A DNA stretch of 64,000 bases, taken from contig CM030333.1 in NCBI GenBank assembly GCA_017654855.1, positions 682,001 through 746,000 on the forward strand, read 5' to 3'. The stretch's first letter is position 1. Every line of letters begins with the position of its first letter. A model generated the notes under the pieces. That model was given only the letters and a program-made list of their open reading frames with translations, was not told where the DNA came from and ran no database searches. The DNA comes from Podospora anserina. Taxonomy: Eukaryota. The position numbers were made by a program, and so were the translations under genes. This document shows positions 12,630 to 25,600 of the stretch, piece after piece.

Positions 12630-13316
12630 GGGCAGAGAGAAATCAGGAATGGGAGAAGGTTAATGGGGTTATATACCAAAGAGCGAAAGATATTCCCTCT
12701 GTTTAGAAGTGGTTGCGTTATGCGAGCAAGAAGCGTTGAACAATCGACCGGCATGTGAATATTTATCATATATTTACATAATCATGTCAAGACTGGACAT
12801 CTTCAACATGGGGAGATGGCCTTGTGAAAATGACTTCAAGTTCCGGCTCCCATGAACGTTACACATCATATGATTATCCTCATTTGACAAGTATCAAAAG
12901 TTGTACAATTACTATTCGTGGTTGTATGTAAAAGACCCAAAACCCAGATGCACCTTGACGGTAGAAACAAGATATGTAGTGAAAAACCCAAAACCCGAAT
13001 GCTCATCCCATAACCTGTACACCCAAATCCTAATACGCCATAATTCCTATCCCACTCCCTATACCCGACCATGTGTGTTGTTGTTGTGCCCCGTGATGAT
13101 CCGATCCGGTGATCCGATAATGATAAGCGACAAAGTGATGAGCGATGATGTTGACGAAAAAAACAAGAAAACGAGGCGGGGGGCCTTGACGTTTCTCTGG
13201 AGAAATGCCCCACCGGTTCAACTTTTTGTCCCACCTCTCCTTCTCCAATTCTTCCTTCTCCAACCCTAAGAAGCTGATGACGCCAGCCCAGCGACCATCT
13301 TATCAAAAGGAGGAAT

Positions 13317-13541
13317 TTATGAAAGGCCCACGCTCTCAAAATCCCTCATCAGCACCGCCATTTGCGCCCGTTTCGCCGCCTCGGCGACGAGTGTGAAGTC
13401 CTTGAGAAAGGGGTCTGTCGATGATGTCTTGGGCGTCTGTCTTGGGGGCGGGACAATCTTGGAGGACGAAGAGGAGGCCGAGGAGGAGGTGAAGGGAGAC
13501 TGTTGGGTGGAAGACCCAGTAGAGGTGAAGCGGGAGTCCAT
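13317..13541 (-). CDS. 74-aa small protein of unknown function
   Basis: Good start context (ACAAGATGG), coding-like codon use, Ser/Thr-rich N-half and amphipathic C-terminus PFLKDFTLVAEAAKRAQMAVLMRDFE that I recall from fungal hypothetical proteins. Confidence 0.75.
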   Translation of the reverse strand: MDSRFTSTGSSTQQSPFTSSSASSSSSKIVPPPRQTPKTSSTDPFLKDFTLVAEAAKRAQMAVLMRDFESVGLS

Positions 13542-16500
13542 CTTGTGTAGCAGTGGTGTTTGTATCGTGGTAGTGACTGACGATGTTTTGGTTTGGTGGG
13601 TTGTATGTGTGCTTGTGTGTGTCCTTTCTAAAAAAAGAGAGAAAAAGAGACAGGAGCAGGCCGAGCGAAGAAACCAGTTTTATGTACCCGTCCGAAAGGT
13701 CGGTGAGAGAAAGCCCGAGAGTATGACGCTGGCGCAGGAAAAAAAGAATCCCCTTGCAATAATGGTAGTTGGGGCTGCGGTGGGAGGAGATTAGAGACAA
13801 GCTGGGTCCTTGCCTGTGGGTGGTGTAGTGTATGTGGATTCCTTCGAGAGGCACCACAGAGAAAGAAAAAAAAAAAGACGCTCGCTCGTTCGATAAGGGG
13901 AACGTGGGCAATGCGTCCGCGGGAGATGTTGTATCACCACCACCTTTTTGTCTTCTTTTCCCACACGAAGAGGAGCAAAGGGGGGCTTCCGATCGATCAG
14001 GCGCAGCCGGTGAGATGGGTAGTATCTCGTAGCGAACAAAGCCTGTGAAAGAGAGAGGTCCTCGGCTGAATACAACCTAGACTGAGGGGAGGAGGTAAGG
14101 TAATTTGGCTGGAGTTGTGTCGTAAGAGGGACGGGATGAGGAGGCTGCAAGCCGCAAGGCAAAAAGCAAGATATGCAGGTAGATGCTGCCGGAGGGAGCG
14201 CTCTCAAACGATGACTCGTGCGTGATGCGCACTGCAAAAGGCCCAAAGGAGTTTTGATAAGATAAGGCCTTGATCAGGTCAGGCCAGCGAGAGGAGGGGA
14301 TACAGAAAAGAGTGGGTGCGGGCAATATTGCGATATTGGGTGTTTATAACTGTCGGTAGACGACTTGGTTGCGTGCTTCTTGCTGCTGGTGGGGGAATAT
14401 CGATATGGTGGGGGACCGAGGGGTGGCCGAGGGGGGAAACAATGAGGTCAGGACAGAACTTTACGTATACGACAACACCTCGACGGGAGAGACACGGCAG
14501 GGCAAGCGAGGGGGAGAGGGCACAGGGGAGAGGGAACACAGAGCGATGGTGTTGATCTAGTTATAGACAACAATGAATCAATCGCCCGTCTTTTATTTTT
14601 CTTTATCTCGACATCGTCCCCACGACTGGAAACGGCGTCATCGGTTTCCACTCCTGCCCAGGCTGCTGCCCCTCTTTAGATGGCGTCGAGGTTAAAAAAG
14701 AGACATCGAGATACCTCCGCGAAAGAGCCGGCACCAGGACCGAACACCCGTTTTGCCCGTGTCTTTGCCTGAAGACGCACCGAACGGTCTCGCCCCGCAA
14801 GTACCTCGGGGTCACTCGCAAAAGTAGCGTCGGCGCATGTGTCCGGGATGCCTGCTACATACCGTCAAAAACCCCCACACTCTGCGACGACAACAACTCG
14901 CAATATCAGGCCAGTGTTTGCTGTTGTTGTGACATTGTGACAGCCAGACAGTCACAGGCTCGCGCCTTCGGCCTCAGCTAAAACACTCGCCCCAATCTCC
15001 AAATCCCCATGGGGGTCGTAAAAATCCGGGGGACTGATGGCTGGGGCCGAGCTTGGGTCGTCTGGCGTCGAGCTTGAAATGTTTCGACATGCCGAGGGGA
15101 ATCTCTCTCTTCCAAGCTGCTAGCTCGGGTTCACGTGGAAACGCAAGGACGCATGGGAATTGCTGTCGGATAGGTGATCGAGTGGGAGAGTAGGATCCAG
15201 GGAACAACGAGGATTCTTCGGAGCTTTAGCTTCCACAGGCTGCAGCCCAGTTGCCCAAAAGGATTCCACCGTATCTCCGATGATGCCTCTTGGTGGTAGG
15301 AAAGCAGGGGTCGCCTGGCGGAGCCTCAATCGCCTCGGCAGGGCTGCTGCATGGATGAGGACGGGGGAGAGGAACGGCGACAGGCATTGTCGGCCCTTCG
15401 CCCGGCTTTGACACTTTTCTTGTTAAGTTGGCCGGCGAGACTCCGGGTTTTTTTTTCTCGCTTTTCTTTCGTCTAGGCAAGACTAGCGTACAATTGCCAA
15501 CGAAGAGGGAGCTTCCTGACCGGTCAGGTCGTCCCGAGTGGCTTTCCGTCCAGGGCCGCAGCGGATAAGATGGTGGCAGTCCAGGCCGGCGATAGATTAA
15601 ACTCAGTACGACGCCATACCCAGGATTTTCCTCGGCCGGCGCTGCAACACAAGCGACATGGCCCTGCGTCGAGAAGTCTTGACCGAGACATCCTTCAGTC
15701 CGCTCTTCCTGACCTTCCTATTTCAAAACGTAAAAAAGACTCGTCCTATGGCCAGGGAACGGCGTCTATGGGCGGCCATCGCGGCAAGTAACGACCTCGT
15801 CAAGAAGTATTTAGCCGCCTCCAGGTCCCGAAGTTCCGCCAGATGAATTTTCACGGTGGCAAACTTTTGAGATACTCGGTCTAATCACGTCAATCTTGTT
15901 TCTTCTTTTTTTTTGGGTTTTGCTGTTCGGCAGGTACGGGTATTGTCGATTCTGCATCCGAGGAATCTGATGATGGTGGACCAAGAAGGTAAGCAATCGA
16001 TATTAACCACCAGGATGTGTCGATCGTCAAAGTGTCACTAGGACCCCTTCTCCCACATGAATTCCGCAACGTTGCTCTTCCTTCCCCCCCTCCTAAAAAA
16101 TTGCGGCATTCTATGACATCTCGCGGCATCGAAGAATGGCACAAGACAGTCAGCTGATTCATCTGTCTTGGGCAGCTGCCACCACACCAACAGCCCTACT
16201 ATTTGCTAGACACAAATGAAAATAGACTCTATAATGCCACGGGAACCCCTCGAAGTTGTATTGGGCGCAGGAATCTCGAACCGTTTTTCCAATATGACCG
16301 GTTCGTTTATTCTAGAAAAAAAGTCGTGGGGGTTGTGTGCGCGGGTTGTGGTATCAATCACGGCCTTGCATTCTGTAAATTGGGGGGTTTGAGAGAGATA
16401 AGCCTGGACCGTTGTTAGGGTCTAATCGATAAGCGCACCTCACCCCGCCAGGGGCAGGCATCTTCCGACACGGATACGGGATAGCCCCCCGGCATTTCAT

Positions 16501-16621
16501 GCAGCTTCCCGCAGCGTTTTGGACCCACCCGCCCGAACTTCTGCACTTTGATCGGTGGGGCCGCCGATGTCAGCACCGAACATTCAGAATTCCATACACC
16601 AGCAGCACAGCAACAGTGACG

Positions 16622-17654
16622 ATGGCCTCAGCTACAGCAACCCCACCAAAACCCTCCGCGAGGCCAAACCAGCCGGCGCCTTCGCTGTGGTCTATCCCAG
16701 CCCCTCTCCAAAAGCTCTTCAACCAGTTCCCCCTCGTAACCCTCGACCCGAACCCCCTCCCAGCGCGGTCTCAAACCCTTACCTCGGCGTCCGACACCCT
16801 CCCAACACTTTATATCTTCTCCTCCGACGAGGATGCTCTGGAGGGGAAACCATCAATAAACCCAACATGTCTTAAATGGCAGGTCAGTGGCCCTGTCCCC
16901 TTGCTCCCGTTCCTGTCCATACCCCAGCTAACCCCCCTCCCCCAACCATCAGACCCTCCTCCGCCTCTCCCACGTCCCCTTTCTAACCTCCCCCTCCTCA
17001 AACCACGCCTCTCCCACCGGCTCCCTCCCCTTCCTCCTCCCGCCCCGAACTGTCTCTCCCAACCCGATCCCCTCAACCTCCATCCCCCTTTACATCTCCC
17101 GCCACACCAACTCCCCCTCCCCCCTCCCCACCTCCCCCCGTTCGGAAGCCTACCTCTCCCTCCTAACCCCCCTCCGCCTAGCCTTCCTCCAAACTCTCTA
17201 CCTCACCCCTGCCTTCACCCCCCTCCTCAAAAAATTCTACATCGACCCATCAACCCGCTCCTCAGTCCTAGGAACAATCCTCCAAACCCAACTATCAGCC
17301 GCAGCCTCCTCCGCAGTGTTGCAAGGTCTGGGTTTGCACAGCCAGACAGGAACAGGCGGCATCGACTCTGAGAACCTCTACGCCGACGCAGCCGAGGCTT
17401 TGGACTCGCTCGCGATCCTCCTGCAGGAATCCCAAACGGGCTGGTTTTTTGGGGAGGAGAAACCGGGCGAGTTCGACGCTGGGTTGTATGGTTATGTGGG
17501 GGTTATAATGGCGCACATGGACACGCCAGAGGGCAGGTTGGGAGGGCTGGTGAGGAGAGCTGGGGGTGGTGGAGGAGAGTTGGTTGGCTGGTGGGAAAGG
17601 ATTAGACGCGAGGCATGGGGGGGTGATGGTTTATCAGAGGGGGGGGAGAAATAA
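16622..17654 (+). CDS. sam35: Mitochondrial SAM complex subunit Sam35 / metaxin-like GST-fold protein
   Basis: Intron 16883-16952; IPAPLQKLFNQFPL, PSINPTCLKWQ-TLL, SNHASPTGSLPFLLP and WFFGEEKPGEFDA motifs. Confidence 0.85.
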
Positions 17655-18458
17655 ATGTGTGGTTGGGAGGCGGTTGGTTGCATGATAGAGAGACGGGGAA
17701 AATGCATATATGAAAACAAAGGATGGAGAGATACCCAGGCATAAATCAGCATTCCAAAATTAAATTATTTGTCTCTTTCTTGTGTCATCATCATCATCAT
17801 CCTGTGAAAGACAGTGTCTGCCTATCATCTATATACACTTCGTCAGCACTCCAATCTTGAAAATCAATACGCACGACATTAAAGGGGTAACAAACACACA
17901 AAACACAAACAACCACACCCAAGATAAACAAAACCGGTGCTTTTTAAAATAACGCTGCCTGCTGCTATGCTGCGCTCGCTAATGCAAATAACTTGCCCAA
18001 AAAGCTCTGCGACATTGACCACCGCATGACTCTGCAATCATCACCGTACCCCTCTCCACATTTTCCACACCCTCAGTCAACAGTGCCCAGCCTCGCGGCC
18101 TGCCTGTATAAACACAATACCAGCCCATCCGTCCACCTGCAGATCTTCTAGATAGGTACACGTCCAAAATAAAACTAAAAACAAATACATCGAATGGTAA
18201 GAGAGAAAGGAAAATAGAGCCACATATCAATGATGGCTTCAGCTGTGTTGCGTGCGTGCGTGCGGTAAATGGTATCACTCTTCCCCACCTCCCTGATAAT
18301 GATACCCTCCCCAAATTAACGTTGTAGCTTTCCCATCTTTTGAAACTCCCAAGAGAAACTCATGTCTTTTGGATAGAGATGTCGCCCAACGCTTGTATAG
18401 AAATGACAATAAAAAAAATCGACGTCAGTCATGACTGCAATAGTGATTAAGAAAAAGA

Positions 18459-21400
18459 TCAAAAGCCCTTGAAAGGATCGTCCCTCGTATACCATTCATC
18501 CACTTCATTCTCAGTGGTTGCTCTGGTACCTCGGCTGTGGTAGCTGTCCCGTTGTCGGCTCCGGCTGGCTTGACGCCTCGACTCCTTGCTCCTCCTACGA
18601 GCAGCATGTCGACAGTCGTCGTCCCGCTCATGGGCATCCTCATACGGGGTATCGCTGAATCGACTGAACGCTAGAGGGCTGATAAAGGCCTCCATGCGCA
18701 CAGTGCCAATGGCGTCAAAGAAATTGGGACCGTTTGGCCGGTTCGAAGCTTCAGAGGTCCGCACCGACCCTGTTCCCCAGGTAATGGCGCTGGATGCCCC
18801 TGTGATGGCGCTCGCCGCTGCATTGCTATAAACATCCGATGATCCCGCAATGCTGTTTCCTGCCGTACTATTCGATGAGGCATGGTGGCCTCCACCTCCT
18901 AGCGGTGTCGAGAAGCCTCCCGAGAAGCCTCGGAAGGAGAGCGGTGGTGGCACGTGGCCGCCAGTGTTGCTACGCTTGCGGCCGTGTACTCCACGCTCGC
19001 CATACCGTGTAATGGGAGGTGGTGCAGCCGTGTCTGTGGATTCCTCGCGCGTGTGGGATGGAATGGAATAGAGATCAGGCATCGGTGGCCGGTAGCCCCC
19101 GATGGCGGGGGGTGCGCTGTCCACCTCCAATGATGGGGGCTCGATGGGATCAGACTTGATCACCGGCGCTCCGGTCTTGGCCTTGGTAAGGCGAATCGAG
19201 TCTCTAATCGGTCGCCGTACTTTGGGCTTGGGCAACTCATACTGCTCCGGCGATGGCTTCGCTTGTGGCACGGGCAAACTCTCCGGGATGGCCTGGTTGG
19301 AGTGGGCAAGGAATGAAAGCGAGTTCAACCAGATGTAATGACGCTCGGCGCTGGAAGCCGTAAACTTAAGGGCGCGTTGCGGCGTCAGGATCAAGATAGA
19401 CCTGTTGAATAGCGGACCAGCTCCCCTAGGAGGCGGATTGTCGTCCTTGACATCAATGACGGACTGAATCGTGACTGAAGAGGGGTTAGTATCGGTCCGG
19501 AACATTGTGTTGATTCGTGAAAACGTACGCTTGCGGCCAGATTTGCCCAGAAGAGCACCTCCCGTGGTCGGTTGCTTGCTGCTCCAGAGGATACAACGAT
19601 CATATGGCTGAAGCCAAACCCATCTCTTGTGACGATCATTGCTGGTGTCATCGCCACCCTTGACATCTGCCATCCCAAACGATTTGCGTCTCCGCACATA
19701 CTTGTACATCCACTCACCCACCATCGTCTGAGCAATCGCTTCCACAACCGTAAATGCCTTCTCCTTCGGTTCTGCCTGCGAAGCGGCGGCCGTCTCCCCA
19801 GTGGTTGCCGTGTTGGACGAGGGCTGGGACCTGTGAGACCTATACTTGGCGTACGTATTGGACTCCTTGTGCCGCGGCGTAGTAACGTCATTTGATGGCA
19901 ATGGGGGAAGATCCGGGCTCTCGGGGATATCGACTGACTCGTTGAAACGAGACGGTGAGCGAGATGGCCGACGCCTCTGCCCACGCGGAAGACCTGTGGC
20001 TGAGCGCACCTTGCGAATGCTACCAGCGCGATAATGACTCCGGCTCGAGCCTCGTCTGTGCCAAGTATCCGACCCTCTACTCGGGCTTCGTCCTTCACTT
20101 GGAGCGCTACCGCTCAATGGCGGTTTCCTCGAGCTGGCGCGTGTGGGGATCGGGAATGGTGGCTCCTTGGTATCTGTCAGACTTGGGCTTCTAGCCCTCG
20201 AGTGCGAGTTGATGCCGCTCTGGATCAAGGCAGCTCTGCGCATAACACTGGCCTTGGTTCCAAACGCTGGGCGGGGTCCGCCACGGCGAGAGCCCGAGCT
20301 ATTGATCCCGGAATCCCGGGTCTCGCGAGTCTGAGAGATGATGTTGGTCGAGCCGTAGCCACCATAGCCATCAGGCTCATCAGTCAGACGCGGCGAGTAT
20401 CCGCTGCTCGCCTTGGGTGAGAAAGCAGACTCGGAGGTCTCAGAGCCTCGCTTGCCCATCCTGCTCGAGCTGTCTATGGTCCTAGGAGCCGAAGGCGCAG
20501 ATAATGCTGTCCTGTACTCCGAGTCACTGACGTCGAGATCCATAAACTCGTCACCCTCATCCGTGCTGTTGCCATCAAAGCCGGCAAACAGGCTGCTGAT
20601 TCTATGCGGCCTCCTGATTGCGGCAGATCGGCTTGATACTGGTCCATTGTCATTGTTGCCAGGATAAACATCTCTAGCTTCTTCTGACACAGGGGAAGAA
20701 ACAACAGGCGGCGACGATGGAATATCAACGATGCTTCGCTTGCTGGTCAACCGGCGGGGGTTGCGAGGTGGTGGCACATCTCCAGGAACTGGAGTGAATT
20801 TCCGGAAGTCATCGGTGGGTAAATCTGGGGTGGGTAAAGCTGGCGAGACTGGCCTTGACGTGATCGCTGAAGGGTGCAGGTGTGGAGGCAACTTGGCCAA
20901 ACGCTTGTCCACACGGATTTCCTCTGTCTGCATAGAAGATGATGCTGTAGGTGGGCTAGAGATCAAGGACACTTGGCAGCCAAAGTCTTTGGTCAACTGC
21001 GGCAAGAGAGGCTGTCTAGGTGTGCTGGGACGGCTTGAAGGAGGAATGATGCTAATGCTGGGAATCGACAGAACTGGAAGCTGGAGCGGTGGGGCAATGT
21101 CCTCTGTCTGGGTAGATGAAGAGACCATGGCAGGGATTTGAGGCTTTGGCGTTGGGGCCAAATCTTGGAAAGGCGTCCTGGGCGTCTTTGGTGGACTCAG
21201 GGGCTGTTCCAGTGTTTGAGAGGATCCATTGACCATCAAATTGCTGGTCGATGTCTTGATGGCAAGTGGCTGGCCAATTTGCACCCGCTTCTTCCTCTGG
21301 TTTGCTTCAATTTCGAGATCAGCACGGGGCGGACTGTTCATGTTGTACAATCTTTCATATCTCTGCATGAAGGGTGAGGGCTCGGGTGTTGTTGGTTTCA

Positions 21401-22607
21401 CTGCAGTAATTGTTGGTGACGGCGGAGGCGATGGCTGAACACCAGTGTCGACGTACACAGCCTTTGGGGCTACTGACTCAGTCTCGTCATCCTCTTGAAT
21501 GGTGCCGCCCTCCAGCCTCTCTAGAGCCGTAGCGCTAAAAGCAAGCCTTGATCGATGCACGCTTCCGGATCTCATCAAGCTATCATTGCTCTGTCCTCTC
21601 CTGTGCGTCTTGGACATGATGCTGTCCCGGCTCATGTTGCGTAAATGTGTGCGATGATGCCCATTAGACAGCACACTCTCCCGACCACCATAATCGCTCT
21701 CCTCGTCAAATCCGTCCAGCTCGTCGGCCAGAGAGTTCATCCCGTTCGTCTTGGGGGAAGCTAAGAGCGAAAACCTGGTGTTGCTGGTCAAACTCATGGT
21801 TCGGACACTGGCGGCATCATTCTCCCTGCCGCTCTCCTCGCCTTCGCTCTCGTGATGATTGAGTATCCCATTCTCTCCAGCGACTTGGACGGCTTGGAAT
21901 GCTGTGACTTCATCAATCACCGCCTTCAGTCGACTTTCCGCAACGTGAATCTTCCGCTCCAGCTTTCTTTTCTCCTCTTCCCATTCGTCCTTTTCCTTTT
22001 CCCATTGTCGATGTACCCGTTCCGAATCCTCCTCCTGGTTCCTCAGCTTCTTCTGGGTAATGTCGAGTCGTTTTTTGGTCTCGGCAGCTGAGTCGACAGC
22101 CTCGTCACGTTCTCGAGCCAACTCACCAAGTGCCGAGGACGTTCCACCTTCCAGCAAGGCTAACTGACGTTTTAATGACCGGCTCTCCTTGTCTGTAGAT
22201 ACCACCCTGGCCTGAAGAGACTCGGATTCCCCTCGAACAGCATCCAATGAAGATTCCAGGCTTTCAATGAGCTTCAACTTGTCCTCCTGATCTCTTCTTA
22301 GGGACAGAATCTCCGATACCAGATTGGCATGCAACGTTGGCGTAAAACGTTTGCTGTCAATGCTGACCGGCTCATCAGAGCAAAACTCTCTCATAGACAT
22401 CATCGACGCCCTATCCATCCTCTCACCATTGAGCGGTGCTGGTGATCGACTCTTTCCATTCTTCCCGGGGGGGGTCGCCGAGCGTTTTGACTTGCGTGAG
22501 CCTCGTGATACGTTTCGCGAAGGGACTCGGTAAGGTGTGTCTGCAGGTGTCGGCAAGGACGCAACCGGTACGGTCGACTCATCTTCGGTTTCCCATGCGC
22601 CAACCAT
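18459..22607 (-). CDS. Num1/Mcp5/ApsA-family cortical protein with N-terminal coiled coil and C-terminal PH domain
   Basis: 1382-codon ORF; coiled coil near the N-terminus; AIAQTMVGEWMYKYVRR..RHKRWVW..LWS PH signature; 54-nt intron at 19475-19528. Confidence 0.85.
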   Translation of the reverse strand: MVGAWETEDESTVPVASLPTPADTPYRVPSRNVSRGSRKSKRSATPPGKNGKSRSPAPLNGERMDRASMMSMREFCSDEPVSIDSKRFTPTLHANLVSEILSLRRDQEDKLKLIESLESSLDAVRGESESLQARVVSTDKESRSLKRQLALLEGGTSSALGELARERDEAVDSAAETKKRLDITQKKLRNQEEDSERVHRQWEKEKDEWEEEKRKLERKIHVAESRLKAVIDEVTAFQAVQVAGENGILNHHESEGEESGRENDAASVRTMSLTSNTRFSLLASPKTNGMNSLADELDGFDEESDYGGRESVLSNGHHRTHLRNMSRDSIMSKTHRRGQSNDSLMRSGSVHRSRLAFSATALERLEGGTIQEDDETESVAPKAVYVDTGVQPSPPPSPTITAVKPTTPEPSPFMQRYERLYNMNSPPRADLEIEANQRKKRVQIGQPLAIKTSTSNLMVNGSSQTLEQPLSPPKTPRTPFQDLAPTPKPQIPAMVSSSTQTEDIAPPLQLPVLSIPSISIIPPSSRPSTPRQPLLPQLTKDFGCQVSLISSPPTASSSMQTEEIRVDKRLAKLPPHLHPSAITSRPVSPALPTPDLPTDDFRKFTPVPGDVPPPRNPRRLTSKRSIVDIPSSPPVVSSPVSEEARDVYPGNNDNGPVSSRSAAIRRPHRISSLFAGFDGNSTDEGDEFMDLDVSDSEYRTALSAPSAPRTIDSSSRMGKRGSETSESAFSPKASSGYSPRLTDEPDGYGGYGSTNIISQTRETRDSGINSSGSRRGGPRPAFGTKASVMRRAALIQSGINSHSRARSPSLTDTKEPPFPIPTRASSRKPPLSGSAPSEGRSPSRGSDTWHRRGSSRSHYRAGSIRKVRSATGLPRGQRRRPSRSPSRFNESVDIPESPDLPPLPSNDVTTPRHKESNTYAKYRSHRSQPSSNTATTGETAAASQAEPKEKAFTVVEAIAQTMVGEWMYKYVRRRKSFGMADVKGGDDTSNDRHKRWVWLQPYDRCILWSSKQPTTGGALLGKSGRKRTFSRINTMFRTDTNPSSVTIQSVIDVKDDNPPPRGAGPLFNRSILILTPQRALKFTASSAERHYIWLNSLSFLAHSNQAIPESLPVPQAKPSPEQYELPKPKVRRPIRDSIRLTKAKTGAPVIKSDPIEPPSLEVDSAPPAIGGYRPPMPDLYSIPSHTREESTDTAAPPPITRYGERGVHGRKRSNTGGHVPPPLSFRGFSGGFSTPLGGGGHHASSNSTAGNSIAGSSDVYSNAAASAITGASSAITWGTGSVRTSEASNRPNGPNFFDAIGTVRMEAFISPLAFSRFSDTPYEDAHERDDDCRHAARRRSKESRRQASRSRQRDSYHSRGTRATTENEVDEWYTRDDPFKGF

Positions 22608-25600
22608 CTTTGCGGCCTCTTGATATCTCGGTTCTGCAGAAAGATGCCGCCTCGTACTCGATACAGGCGAAGAAGTCTAGCACATTTCCACCAACCGATC
22701 AGTTGTCGGGTATTAGAACGGACCTCGGAAGAGGATGCAACGGTGATCACTAATGCCTTCGGACTGAGTGGCCATGTCCGCGCAGTTAGTAGTGTTCCCC
22801 AAGGTCAGTGTGTTTGAAACAGCGATCCTGCAAGATGTTGCATAAGGCACGGGGTTACCCCCACTTCCCAAACGTCAAAGCTGATGCTGTGGAATATGCG
22901 TAGGGCTTTCGTGCGCCCAGAGTTGAATTTATAGCATGATATATTATGAGATGCCGTTCTTGGGACAGGTCCGGCATTGTGAGACTTGCGTTCATGAAGG
23001 GGCGGGGCATGAAGGGTGAAACCATGTTCAACAGAAACAACTTACCAGACACTCAAGACCCAAAGGTCTTGCACTAGAGTGAGGGTTCGCAGTCGGTATT
23101 TCCAACCGGCATCCCCTCAAGGCAGTGTGGGCTTGTGAGGGGGTGGAGCTCTGGACACCTGATGGGTTTGGCTGAAGTGAGGAGGCGGGGCGAATGCGTC
23201 AAGTGTTCAACCTCAATGACGGAAGAGAAGCTACCACAAGGCATGTGTGATCAGTACATCCCATCCCGATGCTCGACCTAATGTAGGCTACCAAAGATTG
23301 CCCCTCAGGCCTGTGACCCAAGAGATCGTCGTTCGCACTTACCGAGCACCACTTGTAGCTTGACGCAGGTGATGTGTCAAGCAAAGTCTAATAGAGTTTG
23401 GAACTGGTCGGAGGAAGCCGCAAGATGCACGAACGAACCAAGGGGTATCGGGTATCAGAAAGTCAGAAACAAAAAAAACCGGAGAAGGAAGCGAAGGATC
23501 TCGTGAGCGTGAGTGTTGTAGGTGCGAGAGAGGGCGTATTAGCGAGTGTGAGAAAGGTATAAGTGAGGTTGAGAATGGAAAGGTAAGGCGTCGCCGGTCA
23601 GCGTCGAGATGCGATGCTCGTGAGACACGACAGACAGACAACCTCCGAACCCGAAGGGAGGAAGAAGAGAGAGACGTCGTCGACAGCTACGAGACGACGA
23701 GCATCGTGGTTTGACAAAAGTCAAGAGGCCTGGTCGAGTTATGTACGAGCTCTCCACTTTTCGTCCACTCGTTCCATCAGCAAATGGGCTGGTGGGGCCT
23801 GCCGAATGACAGCCCTGGAGCAGTTCCCACCCAGCAGACCAGGGGCTACTCGGGAAGCCACCAGGGGGCCCCCTTCCAGGCCTTTTTGGCCTGTTCCTTT
23901 TGTGACGTTCGAGTTCAAGTTTCCCGCCTGTCCCACGGCTGGCTGCAGACGGGCGACGAACACAGTCTGTGCTGCGGCAGACGGGATGAAGCGTCTGAAA
24001 GAGTATCCTCACAAGATAATCATTTCCGCCTCACCCGCCAGAAAACACGCAGCAAGAGTCTGGTCTGCTTTTGTCTGCAATGTCCGACCGAGCGTCTTGA
24101 GTGCCATCACGGACCCTGCCCAAAGCCATGTGTCGCGAATCTGAACAGCCCAGTTCGATAATTACACTACGACGCTGGCCACACGCCCGAACACCTGGGT
24201 CTGGAAAGGGGCCAGCCTTACTTAGCAATTCCTGGAGTTGATCCTCCATCATCATTGGAAAGGATGGGATACAGTTGAAACGGCCAGCAATGTGCCTGCT
24301 GCAATGAAATCACATTTTCCTGAGTTGAGCCGTTGGTTCTTCAACACTTTTTTGCATCGAGGTGGAAGGATGTCCCCTGTTTGCGCATATTCAAGTGGCC
24401 CAAGCTCTCTCAAGCTTCGAGAAAATGTCCCGAGCTTGGATCCTGGCCATCTGCAGTAGCTCGTTCATGTTCATGCAGCATCAACTGACACTTGTTGACA
24501 GGCAATGACAGCAGCCTTCTTTCTCTTCCTCGTTGTTCTGCTCCTTCAAGTCATCAGCATTCATTCATCCCATCTCTGAGGCAAACAAAGCATTGCCATG
24601 CAGTGTCGAATTAAACACGCTCTCAACCGGGGTCAACCTCGAAAAAGGGGAATGGGCTAAGCCTCTTTGGCGACAAGGCCTTCTGTGACGGGCGGCTGGC
24701 AGCGAATGGGAAGCCAGTCCAGAGCGAGACAAATTTCCAGATGTGATGGCCTGCTGCCGATCTCACGAAACCCTGGCCCGAACTTGCTCCCGAATCCGCG
24801 CACCGTGAACTTTAACTGATCCTTAAGACAGACCTGTGCGGGATCGACCGAGACCCACATCCACCCCGAAATAAGCCTCCAGATGGAGTCTTGACACAGC
24901 AACGGAGTAACATCTGGCAGTCTCATCATCAACTCGCAACAAAGACTTGAAAATTCTATGGTGGTTTCCAAGTTGGTGATGTGGTGGTGTAGGCAGTGTA
25001 CATACATGTGCGAGCGTGGCGTGGCACATGTCTCAAACTTCGGGCCCAGTCGAAGGTGACCCAAAGGGGAATTGTGGAGGTCCTTAATTGCACGCAACTC
25101 CCCCCCTCCCCCACTGCGGGAGCATGCCCGCTCGCCGTACCTTATCACCGGAACGCCAGGGAACGCCAGGCCTTGGTCAACCAGCTACCTAACCGAATGA
25201 GACGGTTGTTCCTCTTTCTTGCGCGCAGGCAAGCTGAGAAGTGAGGCGAGCCGCTTGGCTTGGCCGTCATCTCGACTGGATGATATCAAAAGTTGCCTGC
25301 CATCCTTCAACAAGAGGACTCCGGAGGTTCAACGCCTGTGCCGCTGTCTGACGGGAAGCGGCATCGAAAACTGTGGATAGATATCACAGCGGGGAAGCAA
25401 CGGCTTCCTCGCGGAATTCGGACTGCTGCTGCTGTGCGACAGTCAACCAAACAGGCCCATCCCCATTTAAAAGGTCCCGGCCCCGGTCCCCATCCCGATG
25501 CTACACACGTGCAAAAAGGACCCCGTTTTCCAAGATTCACCGGAGATCGGATACGGCCTCTTGCCTTGACTGTGAATGTCAGTCAGCATGATGATGAACA

